DNA from: the human T2T-CHM13v2.0 reference genome, Homo sapiens | Length of the DNA stretch: 64,000 nt | Reading direction: 5' to 3' (one strand) | Assembly (NCBI RefSeq): GCF_009914755.1 | Contig: NC_060940.1 | Part shown: in pieces, positions 1 through 15,583 of the stretch | Layout of the letters: the number at the start of each line of letters is the position of its first letter | Numbering within the stretch: the stretch's first letter is position 1 | Made by a program: the position numbers and the translations under genes | The notes under the pieces: model-generated | Databases searched by the model: none | What the model was told of the DNA's origin: nothing | Seen by the model: the letters and a program-made list of their open reading frames with translations, nothing else

Positions 1-276
1 GAGGCCAAAGTGGGTGGATCACTTCAGCCCATGAGTTCAAGACCAGCCTGGGCAAACACAGCAAAACCCCACCTCTACTAAAAATATAAAAATTAACCAG
101 GTACGGTGGCATGTGCCTGTCGTCGCAGTTAATTGGGAGGCTGAGGTAGGAGGATTACCTAAGCCCGGGGAGGTCGAGGCTGCAATGAGCCAAGATCACA
201 TCACTGCACTCCAGCCTGGACGACAGAGGGAGATCCTGCCTCAAAAATAAAAAATAATAAGTAAATAAATAAAAAG
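1..276 (+). mobile_element. Alu (AluJ-like), cut by window edge
   Basis: Alu arms (gagttcaagaccagcctggg...cactgcactccagcctgg) with A-rich tail. Confidence 0.9.
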
Positions 277-675
277 AATATATTCACTATTTTGCTTATC
301 AAAGTCTCTTAAAGGAGGTGACTTACCTACGCTATGGACCCAATTACTCAGCCAATAAGAGGACACGGTCCCTGCCCATAGAAAGCTGATGTCCAGCCTG
401 ACCTCAATACAAAACCATCCAGTTAAAGTGGTGGGGGTGGCTATGCAGAGACGGGCGGGTGCCGGGAGAGTCAAGGGCAGCCCCTTGGCTGGCCAGGGGC
501 TCAGACAGACCAGCTGGGGAGATGCATCACTCGCCCAGGAAAACTGATGACAGCTTAGATGGCACTGCAAGAGCAGGGAGGATCACACTCATGTCCAGAA
601 AGTGAAACATAAAACAGCTAAACATGTACCACACAGCTTTCATACAAAAATTTTATATACACAAATTTTGAAAAA

Positions 676-1080
<405 letters not shown>

Positions 1081-1354
1081 GCCCCACACATTGTAAAGTT
1101 TCGCTTCCCTCTAATGTCAGATTCCAAAGACAGCAGCCTTCATGAGTCAGAAAGAAACATCGGTCATTTTGAAATCAACATCCAACTGAAGTGTAGAAAG
1201 GCCTCTGGATTTTTGAAACGGCAACAACAGATGATGTAATACAAAGACGCCCCCACCCCACTGCTTTCCCACTGCATGCTTTACATGACATGGCACAGCT
1301 TCCACGCCAGCAGCTTCAATCATGTAAAGCGAATGCAGTCCCATCAAGACCACA

Positions 1355-1640
1355 GCATTGGCTGAGCAGCTACTCCATGCTGGGCACCGTCCTGGGCACT
1401 GGAAGTACAGCAGAGAACGAAACCAAGACCACACCCTCCAGAAGCCTGCATTCCAGCAGGACAGACAGACTTCCATACACAGAGCAGGAAAATGCACAGC
1501 GTGTCAGATGATGATGATTACTATGAGAAAAATAAAGCAGGCAAAGAGAACAGGACTATTTGGATGAGGGTGGTGCAAATTCAAATAATCAGACAGCCTT
1601 TGCTGGGAAGGTGATATCTGAGCAAAGATTCGAGAAGGTG
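1355..1640 (-). mobile_element. Old L2-like fragment
   Basis: gagcagctactccatgctgggcaccgtcctgggcactgg...cagagaac resembles the L2 3' end; by eye only. Confidence 0.5.
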
Positions 1641-2704
1641 GGGAGAGCCCCGGAGCCTTCCCCGCAGAGCAGAGGAGGCCCGGGAAGCTCTGGACTCATA
1701 GCGGTTCAGCACGGCCACGACACGGCCACTTCCAGACAGAGCCCCTGGCTGCTGGGTAGGGACCGCAGCACCTCAGAGAACCCTTTCTGGGGTCACTTCT
1801 GGCACCCTCTGCAAACCTCAAGGGGGAGCGTGAGGCTGGGGGCTGTCCATCAGGGTCCAGGCACCTCCTGAAGGAACCTCTCAAAGCCAGCCGATCACCG
1901 GCTCCAGACCCACGCTGTCAGACATCTCTGTGGCCACCAGACCACTGCCACTCTCACGGGTGTGATGACATGGGACCTGCCTACTGGTAGTCTTCTGCCT
2001 TCGTGGAATTCTGCAACTTCCTTCCTGCCTCGGCCACAGCATGTCAGCCAAGCACCTGTCAGGGTCCCTCCCTGGCAGGACGATGTTTAGAAGCTCAACA
2101 CCTTGCTCCTGCCTCCTCTTCAGACCCATCAGAACTTGCTACCATGGGTGTGTTTTAATAAATAACTTCATTTCTGCAGCAAATAAATAAATAAATAAAT
2201 GTAGTTGCAATATTGCCTTTAAAAGCACTTTTAAGCATCAATTGTGAAATAAAAAGCCCGAGCAAAAGCCCTCTTTGAGCGTGAAGTGTCTAAACGTTTA
2301 TTTGTACTACTATTGTTGTAAAGGGTAGATTTTGTAGCATTTTGAGGTGGTGATTCAACTGCATTAACAGCATCCCGAGACCGCCTGCCACGATCTGGAG
2401 GAAACGCACGGCCAGGGCCCACGTGCAGGGTAGGGTCCTGCCAGGCTCCCAAAACGCCCCGTCCCAGCACTCAGTCCCATGGAGGCAGCACAGCCTCAGG
2501 GAGGCCAGCGACTCTGGGCCTGCGGGTGAGTCCTTCAGCCCCTGCACAGCCCAATCCATCTGCCACCCACTTGGTGACCCCAAATTGTAGTAAGTCAACA
2601 CTTCCAGTTACTCAACAGCTTCTGAAATTTAAATCTCTGGAACAATTTACAGTAATAAGACCCTAGGTGCACCTGTCTACTATCCTTGTCCTCCCTAATG
2701 AAAT

Positions 2705-3184
2705 GGGCTAGGCGTGGTGGCTCATGCCTGTAATCTCCCATTTTGGGAGGCCAAGGCAGGAGAACTGCTTGAGCCCAGGTGTTGGGAGACCAGCCTGGGT
2801 AACATGGCGAGACCTCACATCTAATAAAAAAAAAAAAAATCTGCTGGCTGTGGTGGCGCACACCTGTAATCCCAGCTGAAGTGGGAGAATTACTTGAGCC
2901 CAGGAGGCTGAGGCTGCAGTGAGCCGTGGTCATAGCACTGCACTCCAGCAGGGGTGACAGAACAAAACCTTGTCTCTTTTTAAAAAAGAAATTAAAAAAA
3001 AAAAAAAAAAGAGCCAGGCACGGTGGTGTGCACCTGTGGTTCCACTTCCAGCTGAGGTGGGAGGATCACTTGGGCTGGGAGTTCAAGGTTGTGGTGAACT
3101 ATCACCGAGACCCTGTACTCCAGTCTGGGCAACAGAGCAAGGCTCTCTTTTCTTTTTTTTTCTTTTTTTTTTTTAAAAAAAAAA
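2705..3184 (+). mobile_element. AluJ-like element plus a trailing right-arm monomer
   Basis: Alu consensus and A/T tails. Confidence 0.9.
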
Positions 3185-4073
3185 GCTCCTCACAAGAGAA
3201 GTCCACCAAAAACACCAGTGCCCACCTCACAGGTGTGGGGTCACCATGCAAGCCCCCCACTCCCTGGTTATGACCTGATCACTGGGCTTTGCTACACACA
3301 CACAGGTGCACGTACCACCCCCAAGGGAAGGCGGGGAGCTGTGGCCTGCCTCGCCAGCAGCCTCGCACGCTGGCTCCCTGGGGCTCCTTCCTCATGACCA
3401 AGGCCTGCCCAGGTCAGTGCGGCTTCTTTCCCACCAGGAGCCTCCTGCCAACCACGTCTTTCCACACCCCCTTCTCAGTCCTGGCAATCAATCAATCTCC
3501 CCACTCAGGACAGGACCCCCTCTGTCCTCTTCTACCTTCTACTGCACTGTCGAGACAAGCTTCTGTGACTTCATCAGTGCTGAGAAATGTGAAAGACGTG
3601 CCACGGCACAGGTCTACTGAGAACAGGGAAAGGCCAATGTTCTCAACAGAATGTGGCTGGGAGAATAAGCACCATCAACAGGTTAGGTCCTTAAAGCTAC
3701 CAGGTGCCATCCCCCAAGTCCCTGGAAGAGGGGCTCTCACATCCCCCCGCGCCACTCAATGACGAGTCACTGCCCCCTACTTATTCCCACAGGCAGATGG
3801 GACCACCAGGTGCTGGTCCTGTTGCTACTTTCCACAGCAGGCACTCAGGTTTCAGCCAGCCCCAGCCCGAGCCCCCAACCACACCTCTGATAGGAAAACA
3901 AACCCTGAGTTTTAAACAAATTGGAACTTGTAAAAATGTAGCCCATGGGTAAACTGGGCATTTTCTGAGAATTTTGTTTCATAAAATATGTATATAAGAA
4001 CTTAGAGTTTCAATTTCTTTAACTTGTCTGGGTATGAAGTTCAGCAGTCTCCATCTCTTAGAAGTAGAAACCA

Positions 4074-4722
<649 letters not shown>

Positions 4723-6129
4723 TCACGCAGATGAACACTTCAGCCAGCAAGAGAAAGGATCCCGAACAGAAAGCTAAGCTACCTTTAAATGGCAGTGTGT
4801 GCTCTGGAGCCTGGGAATGCAGTGCGACAGGTAGAGCCAGCGCCCGCACACTCTCACACGCGGCAAGCAGGAACTGCTCTCTCCAGGCCCCCGGACCAAA
4901 GTTGTGGGAGGCTGCCACAATCCACCTAGCTCATCTCCAAAGGGATCCTGCCCTCAGGTCAGCTGTGCTCACTGGCAAAGAACATTCTGGTAAAAACCTC
5001 CTCTCACCTCAGAAAACTCCACAAAGCTAGGCCCAGCACAGAAAACCAGGTGGAGGAAGGGGGTGTTAGGGAGGGACAGCCGCCACCTTCCCCTACCCCT
5101 CAGGCTGCCACCACCAAGGACAACTGTGGTGGACTAGCAAAACCAATGCCCCAGTTGAGTTCCAGATTTACAGCTTACCTGTGGGTAAGCCACCGCTCTC
5201 CGACCCATCAAGACTCTTCTCTAAAATGAGGCTAATGACATGGGCCCACCCACAAGGGCTGCGGGACCCACACCAGACAGGAGTGTGAAGCACTCCGTGG
5301 AATCTGGTGGGCAGCTCACAGGGCAGGCCCTATGGCGGAGGGGATTCTCGGTGTGCTCGTACCAGCAACCCGTGCCCGAAGGCCCTGCCCACGCTGGTCC
5401 TTGGCCACGGGGAGCTGGCCCACAGCAGGCAAGTGGTCACCAACGCTCTCCCACGGTGCAACTCAGCAAAACGCAGCTCGCCCCCACCAGCGTGGAGCCC
5501 TGGCAACAGGTGAGGGCCGGAGGAAAGCTGTTTCTATTTCTCCACGAAGGGAGGGAGGAGCAGCTCCAAGGACAGCTACTCAATCTGTCCTCCCACAGCC
5601 ATCTCCACTGGCCTCCCAAGGAGCCTCTCACTTACCCAGGGCAGACAGAGGGCAACGAGGCGCGGACTGCCAACTGCCTCAAGTCTGGTCCTCAGGCTCA
5701 ACCGGGCTGCCAGCCTCAGGAAGCGCCAGGTCTCAATTTCACTAACCCACATCTTCAACATTAACGTTGTATATTTGTCACACAAACAGATGATGAAACA
5801 CCAAAGTACAAGATTTCTCTGCAAGGAGGCTTTGTTCCCTTCCTGCACTTTGGAACTTCCTACAGGTGTACTTTAAACACCACTGATCAACATGAAAACC
5901 AGGATGCCAGTTACCTCTGAACGGGAGGGGCCAGAAACTACAATCTGGAGGGCCACTCGAGCCTTCTGGTAAAATCCTGTTTTTCAAGTAGGGTGGTGGG
6001 CACGTGTGAGTTTATTTTCATTCTTTAAACTCTCCATATATCTTCTGTGTGCCCCTTATAGGTATAACTTTAAATGCTGTTGTTTAAAATAAATAAAATG
6101 CCATTTTTCTCTACTAAAAAAAAAAATTT

Positions 6130-6330
6130 ATTAAGTGCTTGCTGTTTGCCACACATTCTTCTGAGCATTTTACATGTATTATCGTGGTTAGTCCTCAAAA
6201 CAACTCTGGGGGTGGGTACCATCGGCATCCTTTCTACAGATGGGGACACTGAGTATACAGCAGGCTTTTGTCCAGTCAAACACTCCACAGTGAGGTCACA
6301 CGCAATTCTGAAGCAGAATCCAACTACAAG
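6130..6330 (+). mobile_element. MIR-like fragment
   Basis: ctgagcattttacatgtattatc...cctcaaaacaactctggg...tttctacagatggggacactgag matches the MIR core. Confidence 0.6.
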
Positions 6331-6566
6331 GCCCACACTCCCAGCCCTCCCATGAGCAGGGGGTCGCCCATCTGAGGCTGATGTGTGTTCACCAGGGAAC
6401 CAGGAGGGGCCGGAGGAAAACTGCAGCACCTAATCCTCAGTGCCTCGCCACAGCGCAGGCCACACCCTCTGACCTGCCCATTCCCCTACATGGCATCTAG
6501 GCGACACAGTCAGAAATTCAGACTAAGATTTATATTATTAAAATATTCATTAAGAAGTTACTCCTA

Positions 6567-6905
<339 letters not shown>

Positions 6906-7161
6906 TCATCTCAAACCTGCCTCACATCCCCTGGAGGGATGCGGCCCCACCCGACTGGAAACCAGCCCTGTCAGTCTGCCTTGCTGGGGATGGCTCTGTC
7001 CCTGCAGAGTGTCCCAGGAGCATGCATGCCTGCAGAAAGCAGGTGCCTGGACTCCATACCAGCTCTGACCCAAAAGTCAGAAGGCCTCCAGGTCCCAAGT
7101 GTCTTCATCTAGAAACTGGAAGGATCCAACTGGGTGAGCAAGAAGGTCCCTTCTGAAATTA

Positions 7162-7518
<357 letters not shown>

Positions 7519-9636
7519 TCATCTCTGTGGGATTCTTCCTAACCCCACAACCTGTCCAACCACAAGACATCAAACAAACCCAAATGAAGGCACATTCTGC
7601 AAAATACCTGACCAGGACTCCTCAAAAGTACCAAGCTGATGACAAACAAGGAAGGACGGCAGCTATCCTACACCAGAGGGGGCGAATGAGACAGGACAAC
7701 GCGATGCGATGTGGCACCGGGGCGGGGTCCTGGGACAGCAAGGACATCAGGAGGAAAACTGATAAAATCCAAAACAGGCCTGTCGCTCGGTGAGTAGTGT
7801 GGTGCCAGCGCGAACACCTCAGTTTCGACAGAGTGACAGAGGTATCACGGTCATGTCATGGCATTAGGGGAAGCTGGCTGGGGGAAATTATGGAAATTCT
7901 GTGTCGTCTGCAATTTTTCTACATACCTAAAAGTATTCCAAAATAGTTGATGTTTTCAATAATTTTTGTTAGGAGGCTACTTTGAGAGCTTCAGGTAAAC
8001 TCAGGATCTGAAAACATCCTGTGTCATTCAAAACCTGACCCTGACTCAACGCTGAACGTTAACTTTTAAAATGTAGGGCTACTGAAGGGAAATAATATAC
8101 CTGGAAGGAAAAAAACCCTAACAGAACAAGTTTAGTATGAATTTCTTACTACCACCAACTTCTTTGGCATGTTTTGTCCAAAAGGTCTCAGAGTTTGGAT
8201 GCAAACCCAGCCTCCCAGCAGAAGCCAGCTGTATCAGGCGAGTGCAGGCCGCCTAGAGGTCCTCCAGGCCCACACGAAGAGCGCGTCCCACTCAGAACCT
8301 CCCCCACTGGAGGCCGATTCCCTGCTCAGGCAACCCAGACCTCCCCGAGTCGCCACCCCAGCCAGGAGAGCTCCTCCCCTGCTAGTCCACGTTGGGGCCC
8401 AGACTCTGCCCGGCTCTCTGAAGCAGCCCCACAAAGGCCGGTCACCCTCTCCTGCTCAGACACTAACTACCCTCCCTCTATGGGCACCATCTGCAACGGC
8501 CGTGCTATTGACTGTTTCCCTTCTGCCCCTGGGGCTCAGAGAGGGACAGGAGCATCAGGTGGACCGTCCCCCTTCAAGCTGTAGAAGCCATCTTTTTCAC
8601 ACAACATTTCCTCAGGCCAGGAGCATGGGGCCCGTTCTGTTCATAACCACTTTTCCTAAACCAACCGGGGCCGTCCTCACCCTTTCTGCCCCAGGCACAA
8701 AGCTCAGCGCCAGCAGCATCTGCACAGGAGAGCTTGCTAAGATTTTTTTTTAAGCATCATTTTGAGCTTCCGACTTTTTACGGAATGAGAACGCAATGCG
8801 TTCACCAAGAAAATCTATATTCAGATGCACATTTTAAACTAGATATCTGATAATAACCAGGTACGTACATACAATCAAAAGACTGTAATTCTGACCGATG
8901 GAAAAAAGCCATGAAAGACAAATGCCAGCCTGCAGGAAGAACATGTGAGTTACCCATGGAAAAGCAGCCGGAAGCGCTCCGAGCATCTGAGCGTCTGAGC
9001 CCGTGCTCTGAAGGAGCTGTGTACTCCCTCAGCCTGGCGTCCAGAGTCAGGCCCAACTGGGAGAGAGAAACGCAGACGAACCTAGCGCTCGCCCTCAGGA
9101 AGGACCCCCTGATGAGGTCCACATGGGGGGAAATGAGCAGCCGTCAGCCTTCCTAGCTCGTAAGTTGGGAGCCTGCTCACTAACCTGCCTCCCCAGGGTC
9201 TGGCTGCTGCGGCTCTCCAGATCAAACCTTCCCAAGAACAGGGCTGAGCAAAGCCAGCGCTCCATTCTTCCAAAGACTGATCTGTCCCCATCCTTTCCCA
9301 CAGGGGAAGTCCAAGCAGTGCTGTGTGCCAGCCAGCACTGGCACACGGTGGGTCTGAAGGTCAATTAGCCCCGCCCCCACCGAGGTCGGAGAGCTCTCAC
9401 TCACTGAGCCCTGGGCCTGGGTGCACAGCGGGGACTCTGAGACAGGTGGGCTGCTGAGATCCTCACTGCTGGGCTCCCCAAGGACCATCAGTCACACAAC
9501 CATCCTGGGGATATAGCTGCAGCTCTACAGGTGGCTGCACCCACCCACAGAGCACACGTCCCTTTTGCCGCCACAGGACACCTTAGAAGCTACAGCAAAG
9601 TTAAGGCCTTGAAAAAGCCTCATGGCACCTTGCTCA

Positions 9637-10605
<969 letters not shown>

Positions 10606-11157
10606 AAATGCAATGTTAATTCTATCTCGGATGTGATAATGATGAGGTTGTAGAGGAGACAGCTTCTGAGCTCAGAAGGCACCTGGAGAAGGATTCTGGG
10701 GTGAAATGCTATCATGTGTGTGACTTACTTTCAAATAATAAAAATAATAGAGAAAAATTTGGGGAGGTGAGAGGGTAACATATACAAGCAAATATGGAAA
10801 AGGTTAACAACTGGTAGAATCCAGGTGAAAGGCTAGGGATATTCATTGTACTATGCGTTCAACTCTTCTTTAGTTTTGAAATTTTTCAGAATAAAAATTA
10901 GTGGAGAAAGGTTCATCTTCAGTCCAGTAAGCTCCAGGAGACAGAGCCAGACCTACCTTATTCACCACTGTTTCTCCACTGCTAGCACAATGCCTGGTCC
11001 TTATCCCACTGGCCCAGGAAACCACTGCTAATGTTTCTGTGGGAACCTCCCTCCAAGCTTTTCCCTGGGCCTGAGGAAAGTTATACTGGGCATGCTGCTT
11101 TGCAGCCAGCTCTTTTCAGATAGAAATACTTTGTAACCACCTGTCAGGAGAGTACAT

Positions 11158-11499
11158 ACAGTCTGCCATCCCCATCCATAGGTTGACTCCACATGCATGG
11201 ATTCAACCAACAGTGGATAGAAAATATTAGAAAAACAAGAAATTGCATCTGTACTGAACATGCACAGACTTTTTTTCTTGTCATTATTCCCTAAAGAATA
11301 TAGTAAAGCAACTATTTACATAGCATTTACATTACATTAGGCATTATATGTAATCTGGTGATGACAGAGTACACAGGAGGGTGTGCACAGATTATATGCA
11401 AACACTATACCACTTCAGAGCAAGGGCTTCAGCACCCTCCGACTCTGGTATCTGAGAGAGGTCCTGGGACCAATTTCCCACAGATCCTGAGGGACGACA
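11158..11499 (-). mobile_element. MER2 (TcMar-Tigger) DNA transposon
   Basis: tgtactgaacatgcacagactttttttcttgtcattattccctaa...ggtcctgggaccaat...gagggacgac matches reverse MER2 as recalled. Confidence 0.8.
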
Positions 11500-13106
11500 C
11501 AGACTTCACCACAATGTTTCTACCTATCTCTGCCTGAGGGAAATTCAAGATATTTCCAGTTCTCCCCTATTTCAAAGCTGTGACAAATATTCTAGTAGCA
11601 AAATCTTTGCATACACTTTAATTATTTTCCGATCTTAAATTCCCAGAATGGGAACTGTTGAATCAGCCTGTGTTTGAACACACGCTGGCAACTGACTGCT
11701 GCCCCACCTCAGCAACAACAGGCGCTTACGTTCCCACCTGTACTGAGTTCCAGCTTCCATCTACAAATGCCAGATATTGCCACTTTCACTGCAATGCACT
11801 CCAGCCTGGGCGACAGAGCAAGATTCTGTCTCAAAAACAAAAAACAAAAAACCCAGCAGATTGGTCAGAAAAGACTGTACAGCCACAGGGGTTTCCATGT
11901 AGGGAAATTTCTCTAGGCAAGGAGGAAAAGCCTGAAGAAGACAAGAACTGCTGAGAACAGGGCAGCAGGGAACATCCTGGACCCACCTAGGCCGCACAGG
12001 CTGGAAAGAGAGACCGTGGCCGGGCATCCGAGCCTGGGCCCCTCACAGAGGAGGAACAAAGTGACAGGCCAGGAGAGGAGGGGGAGATGCAGGAGTGCTG
12101 GCATCTGGGGACCAGCCAGCAAGTCCTTGGAGCCCTCCCTCACCAGAAAAGGGGAAGCAGGAAGGACAGCGGCAATGGCCAGAGTGAGGAGAACGCAGCG
12201 TCCTGCAGCTCCATGGAGTGAGCGCCTCCTTCACGGAGCAGCCCTGGCCGCCCTGCAACTGAGGCCGCGGCACCGAGGGTCCCGCCAATGCAGCAAGGGG
12301 CGAGAGACACCACACCTAAGACTCAGGAGCAAGGTCCTGTCCCCGCTCCCAACCCCGGGGCTCCTGGAATCACCGAGGCAGAACTGAAAAGTGAGTGCGG
12401 GCCCCTTTCCCACATGTTCCACTGCAAAGGTCAACACACGCCAGGCGCATTTCAGTGAGGCTTCAAGTCTTCCCTGCAAATCTCATCTGCCTTTTCTGAT
12501 GGCATTCAATGCACAGCGGTCACTTTCAGCTACAACCCCTTCCTACTGCAGTCAAATTAATTCCAAAAGGGAAAAAACAGGTTAAAGAATGGGACTTTAA
12601 CGATGAATTTATTGTAAAAAATAAGCCCGTAGCCAGAAGAATCCTGCCTGGCATCCTGCTGAGACACACAGCCTCTCCTCAGCCCTCTCCAGCACGGGGA
12701 GAGGGCACTGTCACCAGCTCCGCAAACACGCAGGAGACGGGGACCTCCAGAACTAACGTCCTTGGTCTCCAGACGTACCTTCAAACCTCTTCTTTAAATA
12801 TTTTGAATCCCTGCGTGCTACAAGCTGATTTGAAACACAGATTGGGCCGGTCCCAGCACGGTGGCTGGTAGAGAGGGCATCTGATCTTGTCTGTGGAATG
12901 ACGGAAGTCACTGGACTGTCCAGGAACTACATGCCCACCTCCATCAGATGGAAACCACACACTTGTTTATTCTGCAGGGGGCCGTGTGCTCAACAGTGAG
13001 CTGCTAATGTCAGGCTTGTCCATCTTTTTCATACACAGGCTCTACAGTACTGTCAGTTCCCAATTCTGTGGGTCCCTGTATAATCCAACTCTTTAAACAG
13101 AAATCA

Positions 13107-13410
13107 GGCTGTGTGCGGTGGCTCATGCCTGTAATCCCAGCACTTTGGGAGGCCGAGGCGGGAGGATCCCTTGAGACCAGAAGTTTGAGTAGCCTGGGCA
13201 ACATAGTGAGACCTCATCTCAATAAATAAATTAAATAAATAAATAATGTAGGTGGTGCGCACCTGTAATCCCAGCTACTTGGGAGCCTGAAGCACGAGAA
13301 TCACTTGAACCCATGAGGCAGAGGTTGCAGTGAGCCAAAATCATGCCACTGTACTCCAGCCTGCGTGACAGAACGAGACTGTCTCGAAAAAATAAATAAA
13401 TAAACAAACA
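13107..13410 (+). mobile_element. Alu
   Basis: Full Alu flanked by similar aaacagaaa(t/c)cag sequences. Confidence 0.9.
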
Positions 13411-14467
13411 GAAACCAGAATCAGGTGCTCTTATAAGGGATGTGTAGCCCAGAAACTCAATCTTAACACATTCTAAATGACCTGGAATTTCTTGGAGCAA
13501 AAATTCCAGTTTAAATATCAGGAAAATTGTCTAGACTAAGAGAATGGAAACGGACTTTGTGCAACCAACATCAGGTACAGAAAAGAGACCCCAACAATCA
13601 TCATGAACCCAAACAGGCCTTTCTCCTCACTAAGAGAAGAGAACACACACAACCCATGCCTCATTACTCTTTGAGAAGATGTGCCCTGCCTGTGATCTAG
13701 CAGCTAGAGACGGAACATACAACCTGTTCTCAATATTCAAATAATTTTTTAAAGGACATGGTATCACACTGAGCAAGTGAATAATGCAATTCTGTTGTAG
13801 AAGAATGCACGGCTGAAAAGACCTGAGCAACTCATGTCCAAAACTTGCAGTTTCCACAGCAGCACCTCCTCCCAGCACACTGCCCTTTGAACCTGCTTTC
13901 TAAACAACTGTGCTGGGCAGCCCGGTGACCACATGTCATCGCACGGCAGGTGTGGAGCAGCATAGAGCACCCTGACCCTCGCACCTGCTTGGGGGACTGT
14001 TTCTGCACCCAGTGCTTCTCTGCAGCCACAACCTGCCCCACACAGAACTGCAGCACTACGTGGCATCCTGTCCAAGTCCATTTCCACAGAAGGGGAAAGT
14101 GCCACGCCAGTGCCCACTCTCTTCCAAACACATCCTCTCAGAAGGGACTGGCCACGCTTGCCCCCTCATTTCTGCAGCGCTTCCCAGTTCATCACCTGCT
14201 TGCCAGACTCCATCTCCCACCGGTGTCAATCAGCTGCCCTGGAGCATCTAAACCCTGGGTCAGGCGGCTCAGGGGATGAGCGCATAGATTGAAAAAGGAA
14301 CACTCCCTGTTTCTCCCCAAAACTGTGCTGAAGGCAGTCTAGAGGGCCAAGACCTGTCGAGAAGAGCTGCCCAAGGCCTCTTTTCAGGCCCCACATCTCT
14401 GCAGGCTGCTGCTGGATCCTTCTCATAAGAACACATCTCAGAAGAGCAGAACAAACCACTTCCCTCT

Positions 14468-15489
14468 TGTAGGGACCAGCCCCACAGGGTCGGTGGGTCT
14501 CTCCCTGTGTGTGGCGATGAGAGAGTGTAGAAATAAAGACACAAGACAAAGAGATAAGAGAAAAGGCAGCTGGGCCCGGGGGACCACTACCACCAATGCG
14601 CGGAGACCGGTAGTGGCCCTGAATGTCTGACTGCGCTGTTATTGGATACAAGGCAGAAGGGGCAGGGTAAAGAATGTGAGTCACCTCCAATGATAGGTAA
14701 GGTCACATGGGTCATGTGTCCACTGGACAGGGGGCCCTTCCCTGCCTGGCAGCCGAGGCAGAGAGGGAGAGGAGACAGAGAGAAAGACAGCTTATGCCAT
14801 TATTTCTGCATATCAGGGACTATTAGTATTTTCACTAATTTACTACTGCTATCTAGAAGGCAGAGCCAGGTGTACAGGATGGAAAATGAAGGCGGACTAG
14901 GAGCGTGACCACTGAAGCACAGCATCACAGGGAGACAGGCCTCCGGATAACTACGGGCAAGCCTGACTGATATCAGGCCCTCCACAAGAGGTGGAGGAGC
15001 AGAGTCTTCTCTAAACTCCCCCGGGGAAAGGGAGACCGCCCCCCTTTCGCAGTCTGCTAAGTAGCGGGTGTTGACACCTTTTGCAAAAGGTGTCCCTTGA
15101 CACCTTTTGCTACCGCTGGGCCACGATCCGCCTGGTAACGGGCGTCTTCCCAGACGCTGGCGTCACCGCTAGACCAAGGAGCCCTCTGGTGGCCCTGTCC
15201 GGGCATAACAGAAGCCTCGCACTCTTGTCTTCTGGTCACACTTCACTATGTCCCCTCAGCTCCTATCTCTGTATGGCCTGGTTTTTCCTAGGCTATGATT
15301 ATAGAGCGAGGATTATCATAATATTGGAATAAAAAGTAATTGCTACAAACTCATGATTAATGATATTCGTATATAATCATATCTAAGATCTATATCTGGT
15401 ATAACTATTCTTGTTTTATATTTTATTATACTGGAACAGCTCGTGTCCTCTGTCTCTTGCCTCGGTGCCTGGGTGGCTTGCCGCCCACA
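14468..15489 (-). mobile_element. 3' LTR (LTR13-type)
   Basis: 1022 bp direct repeat of 23730-24742, adjacent to the PPT. Confidence 0.95.
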
Positions 15490-15503
15490 TCTCCCCCCTT
15501 TTT
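15490..15503 (-). other. Polypurine tract AAAAAGGGGGGAGA
   Basis: Immediately upstream of the 3' LTR on the minus strand. Confidence 0.92.
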
Positions 15504-15526
15504 ATTAACTAGAATCACCATCGCCA

Positions 15527-15583
15527 TCATTGCTTGTTGTTGACTTCGGACTTGGTTTCGGACTCCTTGGAGGCATCTGCAGA
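15527..15583 (-). CDS. Putative Rec-like protein, coding exon 2 ([18 protein letters not shown])
   Basis: Acceptor tgttgtctccttttag|TCT GCA; 18 codons plus TGA in an alternative frame of env, as in HML-2 rec exon 2. Confidence 0.6.
   Translation of the reverse strand, partial: SADASKESETKSEVNNKQ

Noticed and set aside
14110-15332. Short ORFs repeated in both LTRs (superantigen-like?)
   Set aside because: Short, with different frames and ends between the two LTRs, and no similarity to MMTV Sag that I can see.
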